Shown: positions 26,048 through 38,496 of the stretch, piece by piece
Numbering within the stretch: the first letter of the stretch is position 1
Layout: each line of letters starts with the position of its first letter
Position numbers and translations under genes: made by a program
NCBI RefSeq assembly: GCF_001194135.2
Contig: NC_068998.1
Coordinates: 12,387,282 to 12,451,182, forward strand
Direction: 5' to 3'
From: Octopus bimaculoides
Taxonomy: Eukaryota
DNA: 63,901 bases
Notes under the pieces: generated by a model
The model's input: the letters and a program-made list of their open reading frames with translations, nothing else
Told to the model about the DNA's origin: nothing
Databases searched by the model: none

Positions 26048-27349
26048 TCACACACATATACGCACATATATACACGTTTCTAAGTGTGTATATATGCACA
26101 TATATGCATGTATACACACATACACATATAAGCAGTCATATGTATGTTATTATGTATGTATGTATGTATGTATGTGTAAGTGATGATTTAAATGGCATAC
26201 AACTGTGTTCACAAAATATTCAGTTGCTGAGATTGATATGTCGGCTGACAATTATTTCCCGTTTTCTTACTCATCAAGGTCGCTTACTACACTTTGATGT
26301 TAAGAAAAATAAATATTTTTTTTTAACGAAAACTATAAACAAACTATTATTCGCATAAAATCATTTGGTAGGTACACAGTTTACGGGTAAGATTCATTAA
26401 CAAAATGTATGGAAACGGTATTGTTTTGAATAAAAGTGTTTGGAATTCATATACAATATGTTTAGTTAATATATACCTAATATCTCGCTGTGAAAATATA
26501 GAAAAATATGTGAACATTTCATAGAATGTTTGGTAGCTGACAGTGAGCGATCGCCTGACAGTTATTTAATCTTCCATGAACACGCACACACGCGCACACA
26601 CACACACACACACATACACACACACATATATTATCAGGGTCGCTTACTTCGCAAACACCGATATCTACAAGAGATATGTGCCTTCTCGTAAAAAAATAAT
26701 AACCGAGCTGCTACTCGCGTAAGGTCAACGACCTGGCCCAGGGTTTGATGCTCGACATTTATCTACATGCCAGCAGAGCTGTATTTGAAATAAAGGTGTA
26801 TATGTTAATCATAAATAATAACTGTAATAAGCATAAATTCCTCGTGAAAAGATAAGCTGATTTAATCACACAATATAAATCTACAGACACTTGTATCATC
26901 TTTTTTCAAGACTCAACAAAGTGGGTGACCTCATCTTCCAACTACCGTAGTCACAAAGTACACGGCGTTTTCCTATGAAAAGCGAAGCGATAACACATAT
27001 TGAGGCTGTAAAGTCATTTATATTTTAGAAGGTTGACGGCCGAGGTTTATTGATACAAGCAGCAACACGTCGTTATCATTGTATTTGTAAAGCATATATT
27101 GTATATTTGATAAAAATATATTCAATCTCGATGTCAAAATACAGTTTATTATTGAATCACAAGATTTCAGTACGAGGAGAAAAAAATCTTTAAAAATCTT
27201 CATGGTGAAGGACATCTCTCTGCTACATTCTGTTTTGAATCCAGAGAATGGCTCCGATGATGATTCCATCAAATGTTATTGTCCCCTGTCTGACGTCGTG
27301 GAAAGAAGTGAAGACGTCCAACAGCTTTGGTGCTCATCCAATTTCTTCA

Positions 27350-28450
27350 CGAGTGTGAAGACGTCTCTTGAATTCACTGAGTTTATAACCCTAGCCAGGT
27401 CAAAAACTCAAACACTACAAAGGGCTATGTTTGCACCCAACGTTTTTTTTTTGTATAGCTGCCCGTGTGTGTGTGGAGCATGACCTTTAATAACACAAAG
27501 ACACATGTAGACTCATACAGAAAATACCTGTCGCCTCTGTAGAGCTATTCGAGCAAATATTTTATTGATAATTTTCAGCAAGAAATATATCTGTGATATT
27601 TGCAGCCATTGCCGTCTATTTTTCTTGAAGTATCATAACATTTTAATGTAATATGTCCGACGGGACTGCTCAAGTCCTCTCAGCACTAGCGAAGTATGCA
27701 CGAGAAGATGAGTTAATGTCACTGATCTGCCACACTGTAGTACTTTTGTGAGACGCTATCTGCTTGGTCCCCTGAACAAATGAGTTGATGGCCTCGCTGA
27801 GACCACCCACCGTTGCTGAAAGGTTATGTTCTTTTCAGACAGACAGGGAGGAAGATACTAGCAATAGCAGACTTAGTGACTACACTCTGTGAAGTACATT
27901 TGTTAGTAGAGCTGGACCCACTATAGTAAAACCATGCCTTTCTTGAACACCAGCTGAGCAATCTTGTTGGCAATGATCTTAGAGCATTTTTTTCATTTCT
28001 CCGTATACGTTTTACGCAGAGCAGTTATCTGCGCAAGACAGGATATCTTGATAAACTTTGTTGGATTTTTTTCCTTGATTTTAGTCGAACCCTGGAACAC
28101 AATACAGTTTGAGTTGCAGTCGGCATGGTAAATGTTAGAAGCACACCGTTGAAAGGAATGCGAAGCAATGCACTTAGCATCAATTTGGCTGCAGGGGTTT
28201 CTGCTATACATTGTGCAACCACCTTAGGGATGATTCTCTGAATTTATTCTCTGAATTTGCTCCCCTCGTCTGGTTGCCGACCACAATGAACCAGATCATC
28301 TCAATTTTATCGCTGAATGCTTACACGCGCCAAGACGTAACCGGTTCAGTTGGAACAGATGTAAAATACGAAGGCAAGATGAACGAAAACCACGTGGGAC
28401 AGCTGAAACTCGGCTCCTGCCACAATCTAAGACTTACATCTACTTTAAGA
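27350..28450 (-). mobile_element. Decayed piggyBac-like transposase
   Basis: Frameshifted minus-strand motifs in the expected order: LRILHL, IDAKCI/IPFNG (DE.MIPFKGR-like), KNPTKFIKISCLA (KP.KWG.KIWCLA-like), TYTEK (YTGK), KKGMVL, EQSRRTYY, KKNRRQW...YFLLKIIN. No TTAA or TIR found. Confidence 0.62.
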
Positions 28451-29879
28451 GAAAAGCTTGTTAGGATGTCACTTGCAGACCCTTAGAGTCTGGAAACTAG
28501 CATCAGGCAGATATGACTATTACTAGGAGATCCGTTTTCAACGATGTATTTCAGTAAAGCAGTCGTGGGATGTGACTGCATATCAAGTAAGACTGACAAT
28601 ATCCGCAAACATGTGGAAAGAGAGAGATTGATTATAATGAATCACTTCCATGTATGGACTAGAACGCTGTCTTTCTACACATTTATATATTCATACATTG
28701 TCAACTTCAATCTCTCCCTCCCTTTCTCTTTTCCCTTCTCTCACTCTCTCTCNNNNNNNNNNNNNNNNNNNNNNNNNNNNNNNNNNNNNNNNNNNNNNNN
28801 NNNNNNNNNNNNNNNNNNNNNNNNNNNNNNNNNNNNNNNNNNNNNNNNNNNNNNNNNNNNNNNNNNNNNNNNNNNNNNNNNNNNNNNNNNNNNNNNNNNN
28901 NNNNNNNNNNNNNNNNNNNNNNNNNNNNNNNNNNNNNNNNNNNNNNNNNNNNNNNNNNNNNNNNNNNNNNNNNNNNNNNNNNNNNNNNNNNNNNNNNNNN
29001 NNNNNNNNNNNNNNNNNNNNNNNNNNNNNNNNNNNNNNNNNNNNNNNNNNNNNNNNNNNNNNNNNNNNNNNNNNNNNCGTCAACACATGAAAGACGTAAT
29101 CTAAAAAAACAAAGCAAAAACAACTGAAACATTTCATGATTTTATAACAATTCCCATGCGAAATCCATTGCACTTCCCACATAATTTCCGTGATACGTAG
29201 GTGTTTCTGAGTTGATTCTGACTGGTTGTGTGTTGAGATTCTTCCGTTTGAGAGGTTTTAGACATTATTTCTGTCTTCAAACGTTGTTTCTATTTGTAAA
29301 GAAAACAGGCCGACAATTTGTGTGCGTGTGTGTTTGTGCGTATTCTCTATTCTTTGTGATTCAGAAAAAAAAAAAAAACATCTGTTTACAGCTGTTCTCT
29401 TGTCTTCAGAAAGAAAAACAGGGTTTTTCCTTTTCTTTTGTTTCCGGAGAATTGTCGATTTCTTTAGATTATCATCTCTTCTCATTGAGACACAGTTGCA
29501 ATTGCTGCTAGGGTTTTTGTCTATCTGGCAGTGAAAGCGTGCATGAGTGATCGAGTTTGTAGTTGTTAGTGTGAATGCGAAAGCCGAGGAGCAGGCAGTT
29601 GAGTAGATTGATGCAGTGGATGATAGAGTGGCGCAGGTGGCGGTGCGAATTTGGGAGTGTTGGTTCGCATTGAAGGATCGGGATGATTTGGGTTCTGTGG
29701 GGAAGGTGAAGTAGGATATGGGTTGGGCGGCGCATTGATGGATGCCACTAGAAAAAATGGTGGGTGGGAAGTAGAGACAATGATTGAAGAATGTTACATG
29801 ACAGAAGTTACTGGTTATTTTAAACAGGTGTTGAAAGAGTACTCACCTAACTCTCAGGGGTTATATACAGTGAGCTTTG

Positions 29880-30700
29880 TGAACGCGTAACAGCGTCTCC
29901 CGTTACTAAGAAAGGCAACATGTCTGATGCAGCCAACTATTCTTCTATTGCACTCACTTCTAATATTTTAAAGACTATGGAGAAATCTAACAGCCCGAAT
30001 TGCTCACTCTCTCTCTTCATTTCTCTCTCTCTTACACTCTCTCCCCTCAATGACCAGCGTATAGTAGAGCTTCTATAGAACCAGAACCACTGGAGACCTA
30101 TTCTTTTATGTCATTCGCCGCCAGTGGGATCTCGGTGAAAGCAATGTTGTTGCTGTAACCACAAGTAAATATTTCGAATGTATTTGGTACGCGAATCTCG
30201 GATCGAAACTACCTGCCTATGCGATCATTCCAGCTCTCTTCTTTTGAATTGGTTGTCTCTTATCAGATCGCTTTATCGAAACGTGCGTCGATGAAGTTCT
30301 TTTTGTTCAACTATTAAACAACTTTTGTGAGTTTTGAGATTTGTCTTATCCCCTGCAGTCTTCCTTCTATACATCAGGGATCTGATTGCCGTCACTTCCA
30401 GCAACGCCCAGTCTTACACATATGATACGACACTTCATTTCTCCCTAACCTTTCCTGGTCCCACATCATCCACGCAAACTAGGTACCGGATACAAAACTT
30501 ACCCTGATTCCATGAATGAAGACTTCGATAGCACTATCCATTGTGCTATGCCATTCTTTTGTCTTTTAACAGGAAAAACAAAGCTACATGTACTAAACAC
30601 ATCAAGAAAACACCGTTGCAACACAATCCCACAAAATATGAGCAGCACACAACTGTAGGTCTCAGTTGCACCAAAATGGCTCAAATTAACATCTGTTTAG
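29880..30700 (+). mobile_element. CR1/Jockey-superfamily LINE reverse transcriptase relic
   Basis: PVTKKGNMSDAANYSSIALTS, LGESNVVAVTTSKYFECIW, LSDRFIETCVD, PAVFLLYIRDL, SYTYDTTLH (decayed YADD), SMNEDF in the expected order. Confidence 0.85.
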
Positions 30701-31457
30701 GATACAATTTGATTGGCAGAGGATGATCACGTGATTAAGCTTTGATTATCGTCTGTCAATCACATTGTATCCTAAACAGATACTAATTGGAGACGTATTT
30801 CTCTCTATAAAAACAAGAGGATATTTGAACTGCAGCCAGAAGCAAGACAGTTGCAGCATAGACCACATCTTTCTATCTCACCTTTTGAAATATAGAAAAG
30901 AAGTGAAATCGGTCAAGGCTTTAAAAATACACCATCTAAAAGACTTCCAGTGCATTTTCAATTTCTTTTTTCTATATTTCTATACATGTAGTGTAAAANN
31001 NNNNNNNNNNNNNNNNNNNNNNNNNNNNNNNNNNNNNNNNNNNNNNNNNNNNNNNNNNNNNNNNNNNNNNNNNNNNNNNNNNNNNNNNNNNNNNNNNNNN
31101 NNNNNNNNNNNNNNNNNNNNNNNNNNNNNNNNNNNNNNNNNNNNNNNNNNNNNNNNNNNNNNNNNNNNNNNNNNNNNNNNNNNNNNNNNNNNNNNNNNNN
31201 NNNNNNNNNNNNNNNNNNNNNNNNNNNNNNNNNNNNNNNNNNNNNNNNNNNNNNNNNNNNNNNNNNNNNNNNNNNNNNNNNNNNNNNNNNNNNNNNNNNN
31301 NNNNNNNNNNNNNNNNNNNNNNNNNNNNNNNNNNTATATATATATACATATATATATACATATATATATGTATGTATGATGTATGTATATATGTATATGT
31401 GTGTATATATATATACATGTATGTATATATATATATGTGTGTATGTATGTATGTATA

Positions 31458-31870
31458 GGCGCGGGCGTGGCTGTCTGGCAAGAAGCTTGCTTCCAAACCA
31501 CATGGTTCTGGGATCAGTCCCACTGAGTGGCACCTTGGGCAAGTGTCTTCTACTATAGCCTCGGGCCGACCAAAGCCTTGTGAGTGGAATTGGTAGACGG
31601 AAACTGAAAGAAGCCCGTCGTATATATGTATATATATTTGTGTGTGTGTGTGTGTGTGCGTGTGTGTGTGTGTGTGTGTGTTCCCCCCCCACACACACAC
31701 CATCGTTTGACATTTGATGTTGGTGTATTTATGTCCCCGTAGCCTAGCGGTTCGGCAAAAGAATTCGATAGAATAAATACTAGGTTTACAAAGAATATGT
31801 TTTGGGGCCGATTTCTTCTACTAAAACCTCTTAAGGCGGTGCTTCAGCGTGGCCGCAGTCAAATGACTGA
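31458..31870 (+). mobile_element. tRNA-headed SINE family B, full length
   Basis: ggcgcgggcgtggctgtctggcaagaagc head, B-box-like gggatcagtccc, ccttgggcaagtgtctt core, internal (TA)/(TG)n, tail ggcggtgcttcagcgtggccgcagtcaaatgactga. Confidence 0.96.
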
Positions 31871-31898
31871 GTCTGTCTGTCCATCCATCCATCCATCC

Positions 31899-31947
<49 letters not shown>

Positions 31948-31963
31948 NNNNNNNNNNCCATCC

Positions 31964-32034
<71 letters not shown>

Positions 32035-32205
32035 ATATTATGTATATATCATATTTTTTGCCATTGTTACTTCTTAAAATATATGAACAGGCATAAAATC
32101 GTGGGAAAATCCAGTTTGAAAACTATTTGGATCCGGGTAACCGAATTAAGCTATTCCTAATTCATTTTCAGAAATGAATACTTTTTCTTTTATACTCATT
32201 GCCAT

Positions 32206-32250
<45 letters not shown>

Positions 32251-32869
32251 TACACATCCTCTCTCTTATGAATAGATCTTAACTGAGGATATGTGTTTGC
32301 GCATGTNNNNNNNNNNNNNNNNNNNNNNNNNNNNNNNNNNNNNNNNNNNNNNNNNNNNNNNNNNNNNNNNNNNNNNNNNNNNNNNNNNNNNNNNNNNNNN
32401 NNNNNNNNNNNNNNNNNNNNNNNNNNNNNNNNNNNNNNNNNNNNNNNNNNNNNNNNNNNNNNNNNNNNNNNNNNNNNNNNNNNNNNNNNNNNNNNNNNNN
32501 NNNNNNNNNNNNNNNNNNNNNNNNNNNNNNNNNNNNNNNNNNNNNNNNNNNNNNNNNNNNNNNNNNNNNNNNNNNNNNNNNNNNNNNNNNNNNNNNNNNN
32601 NNNNNNNNNNNNNNNNNNNNNNNNNNNNNNNNNNNNNNNNNNNNNNNNNNNNNNNNNNNNNNNNNNNNNNNNNNNNNNNNNNNNNNNNNNNNNNNNNNNN
32701 NNNNNNNNNNNNNNNNNNNNNNNNNNNNNNNNNNNNNNNNNNNNNNNNNNNNNNNNNNNNNNNNNNNNNNNNNNNNNNNNNNNNNNNNNNNNNNNNNNNN
32801 NNNNNNNNNNNNNNNNNNNNNNNNNNNNNNNNNNNNNNNNNNNNNNNNNNNNNNNNNNNNNNNNNNNNN

Positions 32870-32907
<38 letters not shown>

Positions 32908-33790
32908 GTGTGCGTGTGCGTGCGTGTATGTATATGCTGAGAGGAGAAGATGGAGAAGAAAAACGAGAATGAGAGAGAGATTGACAAATCTGAACTATGC
33001 ATAAATGCATAATTTTATGTATGTGAAATTACAATTTGAGCAAATTTGCATAACTCACTGGAGTAACTCTCAATAAAAAGCTAGCTCTCTCACTTGTCGC
33101 AAATGAAATATACACATTAATTGTTTATAAAGTTTTTTTTTTTCTTGTAATCTTTGCTGAAAGGAATTACTGTTGAATCTAGTTATATCCGATGGAATGT
33201 TGGCATTCAGTTAAAATATTTTTAAATGGCAACAGTTGTATGTTTTCACAGCTTTGTTCTTCTATAGGATCTTGCGGGGAACACTAGACAAGTGACAAAC
33301 AAATATTCAAGACTTTTTCTGCCAGTGTTTCATTTGGAGAAACACAATATGAAATTAAGTATATTGCCTTCTCAGAGAAGTTTTCTTCAAATGGCCGGTC
33401 TCATTCTTCATTGGTGATTCGATTACCCACAAGAGGAGTAAACACTTTAATGAAAAGTCAGTCAGAATAAATGAATTTCTTCCAGATCTGGCCTTTGTCA
33501 TGGAGAAAGAGATTGAATTTAGATATTCTAGTAGAATAAAACGAATGGGCAGCAAACTATCAGAATGGGTAATTAAGACCTTTCAATGTGTGAAAATCTT
33601 TGGAAAAGCAGGATTTATATTTCACTAAGAAAAAGCCAACAGAAGAGCTAAATGAATTATACCACTATGTCACGAAGATGAAAATATTAAATGAAGAAAA
33701 TGTCAAATGATGTGTACTTGCAAGTTTTCCTCTAGAATTATTGCGATATACCTTAGCCTAGATGATGATGTTGATGATGATGATATATGG

Positions 33791-33930
33791 AGTTTCTGTC
33801 TGTCAAATCAACTCACAAGACTTTGGTCGGCCCGAGGCTATAGTAAAAGGCACTTGTCCAAGGTGCCACGCAGTGGGACTGAACCCTGTACAATGTGGTT
33901 GGTAAGCAAGCTTCGTACCACACAACTACA
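33791..33930 (-). mobile_element. SINE family B 5' half
   Basis: Reverse complement of the head and core of 31458-31870. Confidence 0.92.
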
Positions 33931-33958
33931 AATGCTTAAAAACTTAAACTTTATAGAC

Positions 33959-35045
33959 TACTAGCAGAAATACCCGGCTTTGCCCGGGTTAAAGAGAATA
34001 ATGAAATCTAAAAACGCCGTCTAGACTACGCAACCCTCAATTGTTAGTAGCTACGATACCATATTTCTACATTAATAACTCTCCAATCCATGCCAGCATG
34101 GAACATAGACATTAAGTGAAATGCCAGTCTCTCATCTAGGAAGGCATTGAAATCAATGTTACCAACTGGGGACTATGTGTGTCGCAGTGATAATAAAAAG
34201 ACTCAAAGGAGGTCTGCAACGAAATAATTTTACTCAACACTTTGCAAGTGAATCAGTGGAGGCAAAGATGCGTCTCATTTACTTGACAATTCATNNNNNN
34301 NNNNNNNNNNNNNNNNNNNNNNNNNNNNNNNNNNNNNNNNNNNNNNNNNNNNNNNNNNNNNNNNNNNNNNNNNNNNNNNNNNNNNNNNNNNNNNNNNNNN
34401 NNNNNNNNNNNNNNNNNNNNNNNNNNNNNNNNNNNNNNNNNNNNNNNNNNNNNNNNNNNNNNNNNNNNNNNNNNNNNNNNNNNNNNNNNNNNNNNNNNNN
34501 NNNNNNNNNNNNNNNNNNNNNNNNNNNNNNNNNNNNNNNNNNNNNNNNNNNNNNNNNNNNNNNNNNNNNNNNNNNNNNNNNNNNNNNNNNNNNNNNNNNN
34601 NNNNNNNNNNNNNNNNNNNNNNNNNNNNNNNNNNNNNNNNNNNNNNNNNNNNNNNNNNNNNNNNNNNNNNNNNNNNNNNNNNNNNNNNNNNNNNNNNNNN
34701 NNNNNNNNNNNNNNNNNNNNNNNNNNNNNNNNNNNNNNNNNNNNNNNNNNNNNNNNNNNNNNNNNNNNNNNNNNNNNNNNNNNNNNNNGTCATTACAGTA
34801 TCGAAATGTGATTGTTTCAGTTAGTGGAATAGTTTCATTTTTAAAGTGAAAGTATTTGACATGAGTGTTTTTGTTTCACTTTTGACACGTAATACTTAAA
34901 TAGTGGAGGAGATATTATGTTGCCGTGGGCTCGAACTCTGCAAGAAGTTAAAACATTTTTTTTACTAAAACACAACTGGAACCCTAAGTAAGGCATCTGT
35001 AAAATTTGAATGAAATTGGTTGCGTAGTTCTCGAGTTTTAGGGAT

Positions 35046-35076
<31 letters not shown>

Positions 35077-35111
35077 GACAGACACACATTCTCATTTTTA
35101 TATATATAGAT
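33959..35111 (+). mobile_element. Helentron/DINE-1-like non-autonomous element with both ends; interior gapped
   Basis: 5' tactagcag with short inverted repeat acccgg(ctttgc)ccgggt at 33972-33989; 3' (CA)n(ACAG)n then tatatatagat; a second 3' copy at 23085-23335. Linkage of the two ends is assumed across the N-run. Confidence 0.6.
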
Positions 35112-35876
35112 AAAGGCTACTTCTTAGAGCGCGGAATGTTTTTTTACGACACTGGTAACAAACAAACAAACAACAACAACAATAGCAACACTAACAATAC
35201 CTACAAATCTATAAGCTAAGGCGACATAAGTATTCTCCTTATTTTATCTGATTATTATACTTAAATTAAGAGTTATTCCAGTGCATCAAAATGCTTGTGG
35301 TAAAACTTCTATCAGTTATTGAAGCGGTTAATTAATTAATGGGACGAAATCCATTTAAACCACATCTAAACAGCTTTTACATCAAGTCTCTTTCATTGTC
35401 CAATAAATGGCTGTCACAGAGAGCCACTGATATTCCAGCACTTGTGATGTCAGCCGATTTTCAAAGGACATCAAAACCAACCCAAAGCTGCCATAAAAGA
35501 GAGCAATATAAATGCAAACAAACCGCTGGTATCATCATCGCCATCATCTTCATAACGCACCACTTCTGTATCTTAGAATGAAACTAACCTGAACGAGATG
35601 ATTGTAGAATATATATAATGGTTAAAACAATTTAAAAGCGCAGTCGGAGAATATTTGTTTCCAATTTCTCTAAGCTCTCATTAGATAACAGACTGTTTTG
35701 GTGAGAGTAAAAGATAAAGCAACCATTCTCATGTTAAACGTTATTAATGATGTCACAAGACACTAAGTGCAATATGTAATCACAAATATTGAACACCCTC
35801 TTGTATTACAGCTGCTTTAATTCTAAATAAAATGACCTAAAGAAATAACTGTACTGTAATAATTCTTTCTATTGTA

Positions 35877-35965
35877 GGCACAAAACCTGAAACCCTCGTG
35901 GGGAAGGAGCTAGTCGATTTCATCAAACCCGGTGCCCACTTGTTAACTCTTGTTCTTCGAACCCA
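35877..35965 (-). mobile_element. SINE family A 3' fragment
   Basis: aggcacaaaacctgaaa...ggggaaggagctagtcgatttcatcaaaccc. Confidence 0.7.
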
Positions 35966-36114
35966 CGAGAGTTAACAAGTGGGACAGAGACAGGCAGAAG
36001 CAAGAAAAATGCCGCTGTTACTTGAATACTATACAAATATGTTTTTAAAAAGACTTTTCTTTTAAATTTACCAAAATTCAATTTTTTAATAATTTTTCAA
36101 AAATCTATTATTCA

Positions 36115-36160
36115 TATTTACTGTTGAAAAGATCTCAAGGATCGAAACCGGTTCTGTAAT
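36115..36160 (+). mobile_element. Degenerate Penelope-type tail with HHR-like motif
   Basis: CTGTTGA-aaa-gatc(tcaag)gatc-GAAAC-cg-GT; palindromic aaccggtt stem III; core has A>T at position 6. Confidence 0.55.
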
Positions 36161-37108
36161 GTTCTTTATAAAAGTATTTTAGCATTTTCTACATTCTTTA
36201 GTTTTTGTGAAGCATTGTGAGGTATAATCTAAAGAATGTAGTTTTTGTAAAGCTGGAACAACGCGAGAAGGTACTAAGTAACCTACAAATTGAAGTTTAC
36301 TTTGTAACTTATCGCAGTGTTCCGGCTTTACACAACTACATTCTTTAAATATAGACACACGCACACACACATATATATACATGGGTTCGATTCCTGTCGG
36401 AGTCAGCTCGAAATTTTTCAGTCAATTGTTTAGATAAATGACGCTTTAAATCAGAGTATATATATTATTATATATTTTTATATAGTTATTACTGTTCACA
36501 CACACACACACACACACACATACACACACACACATACACACACACACACTCATATATATGTATGTATGTATGTATGCATGTACATATCTATACATATATA
36601 TGTGTACATATCTCTTTCTCTCTCTCTCTATATATATATACATATATATGTGTATATACATCTATCTATCTATCTATCTATCTATCTATATACTTTATAT
36701 ATATGCTTATGTCTCGACTGTCTTGCTTCTGACTAGTGTTTGAAGCTTGTCCTATTTTTGTAGTGAGTTCAATGCTCAAATTATTATGCTTTGAATAGGA
36801 CTTGATTAGTAGAGGATATTATGGATATTGAACACTATAAAAGAGATATACTATCTAGATTACATGATACGACCTACTATAAAAAGGTAAACTATTACCA
36901 AATAAACCAAAGACACTGACTGAACTGAACACACTCATTCACAAACATCAAACGGGTTTAATAAACAAGGAATATGACTACCTAACCTATTTTGATTGTA
37001 AGACTAGCTACCTCTACGGTCTCCCCCAAATCCGTAAGAATCAAACTATTAAAAATGCATGAAAATGAGCTTTTTATTCCGGAGACATTGTTTTCTTTCA
37101 GCATTCAG

Positions 37109-37195
<87 letters not shown>

Positions 37196-37649
37196 GTGTG
37201 TGTGTGTATGTGTTCCCGGGTGAGGATCTTTATATTGACTNNNNNNNNNNNNNNNNNNNNNNNNNNNNNNNNNNNNNNNNNNNNNNNNNNNNNNNNNNNN
37301 NNNNNNNNNNNNNNNNNNNNNNNNNNNNNNNNNNNNNNNNNNNNNNNNNNNNNNNNNNNNNNNNNNNNNNNNNNNNNNNNNNNNNNNNNNNNNNNNNNNN
37401 NNNNNNNNNNNNNNNNNNNNNNNNNNNNNNNNNNNNNNNNNNNNNNNNNNNNNNNNNNNNNNNNNNNNNNNNNNNNNNNNNNNNNNNNNNNNNNNNNNNN
37501 NNNNNNNNNNNNNNNNNNNNNNNNNNNNNNNNNNNNNNNNNNNNNNNNNNNNNNNNNNNNNNNNNNNNNNNNNNNNNNNNNNNNNNNNNCAAGCGATAGT
37601 GAAAGAAGACCGTTGTACATGTGCGTGCGCGCACACACGCACATGTACA

Positions 37650-37810
37650 ACGGTCTTCTTTCAGTTTCCGTCTACCAAATCCACTCACAAGGCTTTGATC
37701 GGCCCGAGGCTATAGTAGAGGACATTTGCCCAAGGTGCCACGCAGTGGGACCGAACCTGGAACCATGTGGTTGGGAAGTAAGCTCCTTATCACACAGCCA
37801 CGCCTGCGCC
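37650..37810 (-). mobile_element. SINE family B 5' half
   Basis: Reverse complement begins ggcgcaggcgtggctgtgtgataagg and runs to gacggaaactgaaagaag. Confidence 0.95.
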
Positions 37811-37870
37811 TATGCATATATATATATATATATATATATATACTTTATTTAAAAGAAGCAGAAATATAAC

Positions 37871-37918
37871 AAAAGACTGTTACTCTGAGTTTCACGTTGC
37901 CGTTCATCGGACAGTTTT
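37871..37918 (-). ncRNA. Type I minimal hammerhead ribozyme motif with CCGAUGA core variant, in a Penelope-type tail (37842-37918)
   Basis: Minus strand: aaaactgt CCGATGA acg-gcaa-cgt GAAA ctcagag T A acagtctttt. Stem I actgt/acagt, stem II 3 bp with GCAA loop, near-palindromic stem III, GUA site; aataaa downstream. Confidence 0.75.
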
Positions 37919-38369
37919 GTTATGTATGTATGTATGTATATTCAAGCCTGCATCATACGAGACCATCGTATATACCCATTCATATTGTTAAGATGTTGGG
38001 AAGTTATATTTAGCACTATAATGATATTAGAATGCCGGATTGCCTGATTGAATTATGGTAGACAATTTTAAGAAAACGTCTGCTCTTACAATCAAAGATA
38101 AACAAATATAGAATCTAAATCTCTTGATCTGAAATCATATGACATTTATGTTCTAGTTTGTGAAGTAATCTAATTTGTCACTCATTGATAAGATTACGCT
38201 GAAAAATTTAAGACACCTCAAATATTTCAATTCTCCTTTTCTCTCTATCTCTCCGTTTGTCTTCTCTCTTTCTTTTTCCCCTTTTTCTCTATCAATCATT
38301 CTTTCCTTCCTTGTGTTAATCATTCAAGATTATAATCGATTGTATCGATACCTGTAGTTGATTGGTGCT

Positions 38370-38470
38370 TCTTTTATTAGAATACTAAATGGAAAAGTCG
38401 ATCCCAGTTGATTTCCTACTTAGAACGTAAAATGGCATACACAACAATTACAAGGTATTTTGCTCATCAC
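38370..38470 (-). mobile_element. SINE family A, heavily degraded
   Basis: aatggaaaagtcgatcccagttgatttcctacttagaacgtaaa follows the family A antisense layout. Confidence 0.45.
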
Positions 38471-38496
38471 TCATTCACTTGTGCCATTCAACGTCT

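Noticed and set aside
27000-28500. Endogenous phenuivirus-like nucleocapsid (fragments FIVVGNQTRG, SAIASIFLP, LARVIN)
   Set aside because: The fragments are in different frames with spacing that does not fit those proteins; piggyBac motifs fit order and spacing better.
31458-31545. tRNA genes at SINE heads
   Set aside because: A/B-box-like motifs are present, but I could not form a full cloverleaf and each head continues into a multicopy SINE body.
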